A stretch of DNA of 64,000 nt from the human T2T-CHM13v2.0 reference genome, Homo sapiens. Positions 55,468 through 64,000 of the stretch are shown here, in pieces. The number at the start of each line of letters is the position of its first letter. Within the stretch, counting starts at the first letter, position 1. Location of the stretch: the NCBI RefSeq assembly GCF_009914755.1, contig NC_060947.1. One strand, written 5' to 3'. The position numbers and the translations under genes are program-made. The notes under the pieces were generated by a model that was not told where the DNA came from, did not search any database, and saw only the letters and a list, made by a program, of their open reading frames with translations.

Positions 55468-55844
55468 GGGTAAGCCCTAAAATTGGTACAGAATCATTAT
55501 AAACGCCTACATCGTTTGAATCTCTATAATCACCAAATAGAAGAATTGATAGTTGAAACAATGGTCCTAAGATATTCCAAATACTGAAATGATGTTAAAA
55601 TAAAAGAATAATCTACACTCATCATAAATATTATTGTTGTGCTTCTTTTTGTACTCCTAGTCTGTGGAAATTGATAATCCAAATATGGGAGTAAATAATA
55701 GTAACAATAATAATGATAATTACTTTCTATGAAGGTAGGGACCATGTGTAATTTGTTCATCACAATATATCGAGTACCAAAATTGGTAGCTTCCTTATGA
55801 AAGCTACTAGATAAGTGTTTTCAAATAACTAGTTATTCTTTATA

Positions 55845-56090
55845 ATACTCAAAGCTGGCAATTTTTTGAGCCTATGGTATGAGCCAGAGATTATGCTAGG
55901 TACTTCATATTCATTATGGTAATCTTTACGACAACTTTTATAGTATGCAACATTTTTATCCTCATTTCTCAGATGAGAAATCTAAAGCCCAGAATATTCA
56001 CATAACTTGCCTAAGAAAACACAACTAATAAGTGGAAGAGTTGGACTGCTAATTCAGGTCCGTTTGGCTGCAAAATGAGACACTTTTCTG
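55845..56090 (-). mobile_element. MIR
   Basis: cctcatttctcagatgagaaatctaaagcccaga...ataacttgcctaag. Confidence 0.8.
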
Positions 56091-56894
56091 TATATAATTT
56101 TCTATCTTAATAGCTGTTTAACAGAATTTTTAATTACTAATTCACCAAAAAAAATCAGGTAAAAAAGACTAGTTTACTGTTGAATAATGCTATCTTCAAT
56201 TTGCTAAAAGGAAAGAAATAGATCTAAACTCTAATGGGTTATGATAAGAAGATATGTTATGGAACGGAGTGTTATTCTTATCTTGCTGTACCTCTTCTCT
56301 ACAAAAATTTCCTTTAATTTAATAACAGAAAACTTTTGGGGGTGTAGTTTACATATCAGTTGGAGTAAAAGGTATTTTTCATATAATGCAAACACTTCAG
56401 AAAACCTCAGTAAATGACAGAACTGAGATAGTCTCCCTTGCAGTAGAAAATATGTGAGTTGCCTCAGGTAAAAAAAAAAACTGCATTTTTCAATACTGAA
56501 CTTATTTAATGTAAAGAGAATATTTTTCCCTAGTTTTCCCATTCTTTTATTTAAGAAATAATTCTTTGTTACTAGATAAAAACCGACTTCTGTTGGACCA
56601 AATACACTTTAGATATATTATCTGTAAAAATATAACTGCATATAAATTCTAAAAGACTTATAAAGTTCCCTACTGGGAGGAATGCTAACAACTTTCTAAA
56701 TATCTTTTTGAATTATTTTTATGTCTAATACATATTTTGGCACAGTTATTGTTTCTCTAAGGAACTTTTTAAACAGAGCTGAGTTGTTTTTCATAAAAAC
56801 TTGTAGCAATTTTGAGTTTTAGAGGGGAAGAGGGTTTTGTAGGAAGACAATGCTAGATATCAGAGGAAAGGGCAAGGTAGTGATAAAAACAAAA

Positions 56895-57140
56895 ATAATA
56901 AGAGCTAACATTATATTGAGAATTTGCTAGGCACTGTCCTAACACTTTTATATACGTCGCTCATTTATTCCTCAATACAATCCTATGAGGAAAGTAATAT
57001 CTTTATTTTCTTGATTAGATAAGCAAGCCACAGAGAGACTAGATAATTTTCCCCAAATCACATCACAAGTATATAGTGAAGACCAGACTTTACACTAAAG
57101 CAATTGAGTTCTAGAACTTGTTGTCTTAACCAATATGCAT
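56895..57140 (-). mobile_element. MIR
   Basis: ctaggcactgtcctaacac...ctcatttattcctcaatacaatcctatgagg. Confidence 0.8.
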
Positions 57141-57216
57141 AGTTAGGAAATCAGCCAAAAAATATGGAAAGAAGACAGATGTATTGAGGAAAAAAAAAAC
57201 AGACAAAAGTATTTCC

Positions 57217-57297
57217 TGTGGATAAGATAACCAAATAATTTTAAAATTTGGTTATCTTATCCACAAATAGATAGTGGAGAACAAAGATCTCCACTAT
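57217..57297. repeat. Perfect 20-bp inverted repeat plus adjacent 10-bp inverted repeat
   Basis: tgtggataagataaccaaat/atttggttatcttatccaca; atagtggaga/tctccactat. Confidence 0.97.
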
Positions 57298-57739
57298 TTA
57301 ATTTTACTTTTCTGGTGGGCAGTTTTGGGATGAAAGCTCCCATCCATCATTTCCCAGAGACTTGAGTGAATTTGTAACAAATATCAGCAGTGTATGTGAA
57401 GGACTTTGGAGGAACAAGGGAGAAAAATACTTTATGTTTAAGTGCACACACCTGACAGAAAAGAAAAACAATAAGAAGTAAAACAGGAATATAATGAAAA
57501 TTCAGAAGCAAAAAGAGAGGACAAGAAGAGATTAAAGGAAACAAATTTCATGTGAATCATTAGATGCTGAGGGATGCTGAGTTTTTTTTATCATTTTTGA
57601 AATGAGTATCTGAGCCATTTTAATTTAAATATAAAGTAAGGGTTATCCTATAAAGATGAAGAAAAAATGTATACCCAGTCACTAACACTGAAATAATTTC
57701 AGCATTGTTTCCTGAAGATTAGTAGTTTCTAAATGTGAG

Positions 57740-57794
57740 ATTTAAAACTTAGTTATTTAAATCTTAGTTATTTAAAACTTAATCTTAGTTATTT
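57740..57794. repeat. Irregular short tandem repeat (cttagttattt x3)
   Basis: Directly visible. Confidence 0.85.
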
Positions 57795-57949
57795 CTTTTC
57801 AACTTTCAAACAAAATTTTGCTATCACAATGGAGAGGCACAGAATTACATCCACTAAAATGATCAAAAATTTACACAGGATGAATAATTACTAAATAAGA
57901 TGAAAAATTCTCCAGGACACTATTTTTTCTTTCTCTCTGTATATATTTT

Positions 57950-58870
57950 CCCATGTACTCAGTGTGAGCAATCTCAAATACACCTTCAGCTTCAACTGCC
58001 ATGTTTATGCTTATTCCCACATCTGCCAAAAGCTCCCAGTTTTTTTCTCCTGGCCTTAATTTCATATTAAACATCTCCCTACTGTTTTCCCAAATTCCCC
58101 TCATTACAAATATCTCTAAAATTGTAATTTTTTTTATCTCTTCCCACTCTGTCCCCACTCCACATACTCCCCATCCTGCTGGATGTCATCATTATACACC
58201 CTGTCACCTAAGCCAGAAACCAGGAAGTAATCTTTTATTCTTTCTTCTCAAATATTCCCTTGCACACAATTAATCATCAAGTTGTGAATTTCTTTTGTAC
58301 CTATCCCCTTCTCTCCATCTCTACTGTTACTGCCTTAGGTCAAGCCCTCAGTGCCTCTCACTTGAATTATTTTAATAATTTTTTTTTGCCTCCAGTTTTC
58401 ATTTTGCCAATATAGCTTTAAAATATCCACAGAATGATACGTTTAACACACAAACTTAATCAGGTCACTCTCTTCTCAAAATTCATTCAGTGCTTGGCAT
58501 CATCCACTGAGATATAAGGCTTTCCATGATCCAGATTCTGTACATTCATTTATACTTATTTCCAGCCACCTTCTCTTTCCCACTTTACACTAGCCATCCT
58601 GAATTACTAAGATTTCTCCATATATACCATCCTGCTTTATGCTTACTATGCCTACATGCCTCTACATATAGCATTTCTTCTGCCTACCATGTCCTTCTTG
58701 CTTTTTAAAAAAATAATTGTAAAGTCCTATTCATCTCTGTAGCCTGGAAACAGATGTTACTGCCTCTTAGAAACCTTTTCAGATGACCAGGAAACTAGGT
58801 GCTGTATCCTCTATGTCACCAATATCCTTTTTTTAGCAAAGCCATAAACCTCTATTTAACAATTCCCTTA
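57950..58870 (+). mobile_element. L2 fragment
   Basis: cacctaagccagaaaccaggaagtaatctt...ctctccatctctactgttactgccttaggtcaagcc. Confidence 0.8.
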
Positions 58871-60264
58871 TTCTATTGTAATTTTATGAAATGATGAATA
58901 AATAAATGAAGCTAATGAGTCAAATATCTGTCAAGACAGAAATTAAAACAAAAGCTAATCATTATTTTTTAAATAGCAAACAATGCATAGATGAGAAATT
59001 AGAAAAGACGTAGGAAGGTATGGTGTAACACAAAGAAAAGTGATCAATATTTAGCAAAATAGCATGCATATAAGGAGCTGCAAATTACATCTTAGAGAGA
59101 CACAAGTTTTATCAAGAAAAGTGAAATCTAATGATAAATACAGATATTTAGAGAGAAGACAATATTTTTAAAAAATTATACATATTTTGAATCTAGAGTC
59201 AAAGAAGTGACACTCAATTCTACTTCCACAGCCAATAGCATTTGAAATGAAAAGAGAAACATCTCTTAATAAAGTGGGTTAAAGGCAGAAAAAAAGGAGA
59301 CTGAAAAAGTGGCTGGGAAAGCAATAGCTTTCTCACTAGCCTTAACTATATGGGCTATATTTTACCCAAGTTATCTGCTGGCCAACATGCACCCATAGAC
59401 AATATTTATTACTGCTAGAAGCATTAGTATTGAACAATAACCTCTGCTGCCAGATATGTGGATAATCTAATATTTACCTGAATTAACCATGACATCTTTA
59501 CAGAATACCCTAGGTGATCGCCAAATCATTGTTCTGTCACCAGAGAAGAGATTATTAACAAGTGATGACAAACAGAAAATAAACACATGAAAAGCACATC
59601 GATCCTTTTTCACAACATGGATTTTTATTAAGCTTCTTCCAAATGCATGTTTTTTTCTGCTTTTCTATGATATCAGAGAAACTAGATAGTGAAAATAAAT
59701 AGGCTTATAATGGAGAATTTTATTCATTAGATATTAAGGAACTGTCCCAATTGCGTTGTTTTACTTAACTCATTCGGTTTATGGAGGGCAACTAGGAAAA
59801 AAAGGTTAATCACCCAAAGCATTCTTAGTGGAATTAGGAAATAAATCATAACCTAAGAAGTCCAGTAATGGGGTATATTTTGTTAATTCCAGTAATACCT
59901 TTATTGCTCTGTTACTTAAGAAGGCCTTGATTGCTGATAGTCTATGGTCTTGCCAATCCAATTTTGACTAAACTTGTTTTCTTTTGTTTATAGCTGCTTT
60001 TCTTGAGGCTTGTGTACTAATCCAAGGAGATTCAAATAACTTCATTTTTTTAATCATTTCTAATCTTATTCTCTGTTTACCGGATTGCTATTATAGATTG
60101 ATAGATTAAGGAAATTCTGTAGACATTCTATTTATATATTAGGAATATACTAGGAAAGGTCTCTCAGATAGTTTCAAGTATAGAATGGAAATACGTGTTC
60201 TATTTGTGAGTATTATTAGGTAGTTTTGTAGCTGGCTGAACAATTTTATTTAAAAGATGTTGAT

Positions 60265-60462
60265 TATTCAATGTCAATTTTATTTACTTCTTCCCTAATC
60301 TTTATTATTTATTTTCTTCTACTAAGTTTGGGTTTGGCTTATACCTGATTTTCTAGTTCTTTAATATACATCATTAAATTGTTTATTTGAAGTTTTTCTT
60401 TTTTGACGTAGGAACTTATAGCTATAATCTTCGCTCTTAGTACTGCTGTTGCTCTATCTCAC
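60265..60462 (-). mobile_element. Inverted L1 ORF2 segment (5' inversion of the adjacent L1)
   Basis: Reverse complement aligns with the L1 ORF2 region also present at about 49095-49290. Confidence 0.85.
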
Positions 60463-61366
60463 AGCAAAATTGACAAAACTTGAGACAAACTAAGAAAAAA
60501 TAGAAAAGGTACCAATAAATAGAGTAGGAAATGAAAAAGAAGATATTGCAGAAATGGAAGGGATTATTAGTGACTACTAGGAACAACTATGTGCCAATAA
60601 ATTTGAAAATCTAGAAGAAATGGACAAATTCCTAGACACATACAACCTACCAGATTGACAAAGGAAGAAATCTAAAACCTGAACAAATCAAGCAAGTAAC
60701 TATATTGAAGCCATAATAAAAAGTCTCTCAGTATACAAAAACCAAGAACCCAATGGCTTCACTGCTGAACTCAACCACATTTTTAAACAAGAGATAACGT
60801 CAATCCTCCTCAAACCGTTCTGAAAAATACAGGAGGACAGAATACTCTCGAACTCATTCTGTGAGACTAGCATTATCCTGATATCAAAAGCACACAAAGA
60901 CACATTTAAAAAAAAAAGAAAACTACAGGCCAATATTTCTGATGAATATTGACACAAAAGTCCTCAGCAAAATACTAGCAAACCAAATTCAAAAATAAAT
61001 TAGAAAGATCATTCATCATGACCAAATGGGATTTATTCCCAGGATGCACGGATGGTTCAACATACACAAATCAAACAATGTGATACATCATATGAACAGA
61101 ATGTAAGATTGAAATATATGATTATTTCAGTTGATGCTGGAAAAGAATTTCACAAAATTCAAGAATCCTTTATGATAAAAACTCTGAAAAACTTGGGATA
61201 GAAGAGATATACCAAAGCATAAGAAAAGCTATGTAAAACAGATCCACAGCTGGTATCATGCTGAATGGGGAGAAACTAACTGCTTTTCCTCTAAAATATT
61301 GAACAAGACAAGGATTCCCACTTTAATCACAATTACCTTTCATAGTATTTAAAGATCTGAGTGGAG

Positions 61367-61437
61367 GAAAAGAAAGAAAGCAAGAAAGAAAGCAAGAAAG
61401 GAAGGAAGGAAGGAAGGAAGGAAGGAAGGAAGGAAGG
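61367..61437. repeat. (GAAA)n(GGAA)n purine tract
   Basis: Directly visible. Confidence 0.97.
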
Positions 61438-61597
61438 GCGAGTATCAAAATTGAAATGGAAGAAGTAAAATTATCCTTGTTTGCAGATTATAGAATCTTA
61501 CATTTGGAAAAACCTAGAGACGCTACCAAAAAACTATTAAAACTGATACACAAATTCAGTAAAGTTGCAGATACAAAATCAACATACAAAACTTCAT

Positions 61598-61884
61598 GGC
61601 CAGGGATGGTTCATGCCTGTAATCCCAGCATTTTGGGAGGCTGAGGTGGTTGGATCACGAGGTCAGGAGATTGAAACAATCCTGGCTAACATGGTGAAAC
61701 CCTGTATCTACTAAAAATACAAAAAAATTAGCCAGGCATGATGGCATGTGCCTGTAATCCCAGCTACTCGGGAGGCTTCAATCACTTGAAGCCAGGAGGT
61801 GGAGGTTGCAGTGAGCCGAGATCGTGCCATTGCCCTCCAGCCTGGGCAACAGAGCTAGACTCTGTCTCAAAAAAAAAAAAAAAA
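61598..61884 (+). mobile_element. AluSc-like with small right-arm deletion
   Basis: ggatcacgaggtcaggagattga..atcctggctaacatggtg; ggaggct|tcaatcacttgaa; A-tail. Confidence 0.92.
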
Positions 61885-62797
61885 ATTGTAGCATTTCTGT
61901 ATGCCAACAGTAAACAATCAGAAAAAAAAATTAAAAGTAATCAAATTAGTAATAGCTACAAATAAAATTTAATATCTAGAAATTACCTAAATCAAATATA
62001 TAAAATATCTCTACAATAAAAGCTATAAATCACTGATAAGAGAAATTGAAGAGGACACTAAAATATAAAGAAATATTTCATGTTCCTGCGTTGAAAGAAT
62101 CAATATTGTTAAAATGTCCATACTACCCACAACTATCTACAGATTTAGTGCAATTCCTATCAGAATATCAATAGCATTCTTTACAGAAACAGAAAAACAA
62201 ATTCTAAAATTTATATGGAACCACAAAAGACCCAGGATAGCCAACATTATACCAAGCAAAAAGAATAAAACTGGAGGAATCACATTAACTGACTTCAAAT
62301 TATACTGCAGAGCTATAGTGACCAAAACAGCAGGGTACTGGAATAAAAACAGACACATAGACCAATGGAACAGAACAGAGAACCCAGAAACGCATATACA
62401 CACCTAATGTGAACACATTTACAATAATGGTGCCAAGAACATACACTGGTGAAAAGACAGTCTCTTCAATAATTGGTGCTCAGAAAACTGGATATCCATA
62501 TACAGAAGAATTAAACTAGACCCCTATCTCTCACCATATACAAAAATATAAAAATATGGATTAAACACTTAAATCTAACACCTCACAATATAAAACTAAT
62601 ACAAGAAAACACTGTGAAAATCTTCCAAATATTGGTCTGGGCAAAAATTTCTTAAGCCATATACCCTAAGTATACACAACCAAAGCATAAATGAACAGAT
62701 TGCTTCACATCAAGTTAGAAAGCTTCTGCACAGCAAAGGATACAATCAACAGAGTGAAGAGACAATCCACAGAATGGGTGAATGGGTAAAATATTTG

Positions 62798-64000
<1,203 letters not shown>

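Larger units (their letters stand above)
60463..62797 (+). mobile_element. L1MA/PB ORF2 portion, interrupted by STR, Alu and L1HS
   Basis: ORF2 relics ([10 protein letters not shown]; MSILP...IYRF; [12 protein letters not shown]). Confidence 0.92.

Noticed and set aside
57217-57265. Two inverted perfect DnaA boxes (TTATCCACA)
   Set aside because: A 9-mer coincidence duplicated by the inverted repeat; the context is human MIR/L2 DNA with no bacterial sequence.

Overview
This is human genomic DNA: AT-rich, CpG-depleted and dominated by interspersed repeats. Alu, THE1 and LTR14 elements make it primate, and an L1HS carrying the pre-Ta 'ACG' diagnostic makes it human. I find no intact protein-coding gene, RNA gene or CRISPR array, and no evidence of a new multi-gene system. 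The only host-derived gene sequence is a processed ST13 (Hsc70-interacting protein/Hip) pseudogene at about 39.6-41.1 kb (minus). The rest is layered mobile-element decay: old L1M/L2/MIR, two ERVL relics, an ERV1 pol-env-LTR relic, MaLR LTRs including a complete THE1 provirus, a HERV-K14-type solo LTR inside an Alu, an Hsmar1 mariner, MER30, Tigger3a, several long L1MA/PB copies, and a young 5'-truncated L1HS running off the right edge. The most interesting signals are mutational histories. Two old L1 copies about 11 kb apart share what appear to be private mutations over about 1 kb (gene conversion or duplication). An old L1 has twin-priming 5'-inversion geometry. Several template-switch or inverted-repeat scars are present, including a perfect 20-bp inverted repeat. 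The pre-Ta L1HS is a candidate polymorphic insertion. Subfamily names come from remembered consensus sequences and should be confirmed with RepeatMasker/Dfam. Boundaries without a stated TSD are approximate.
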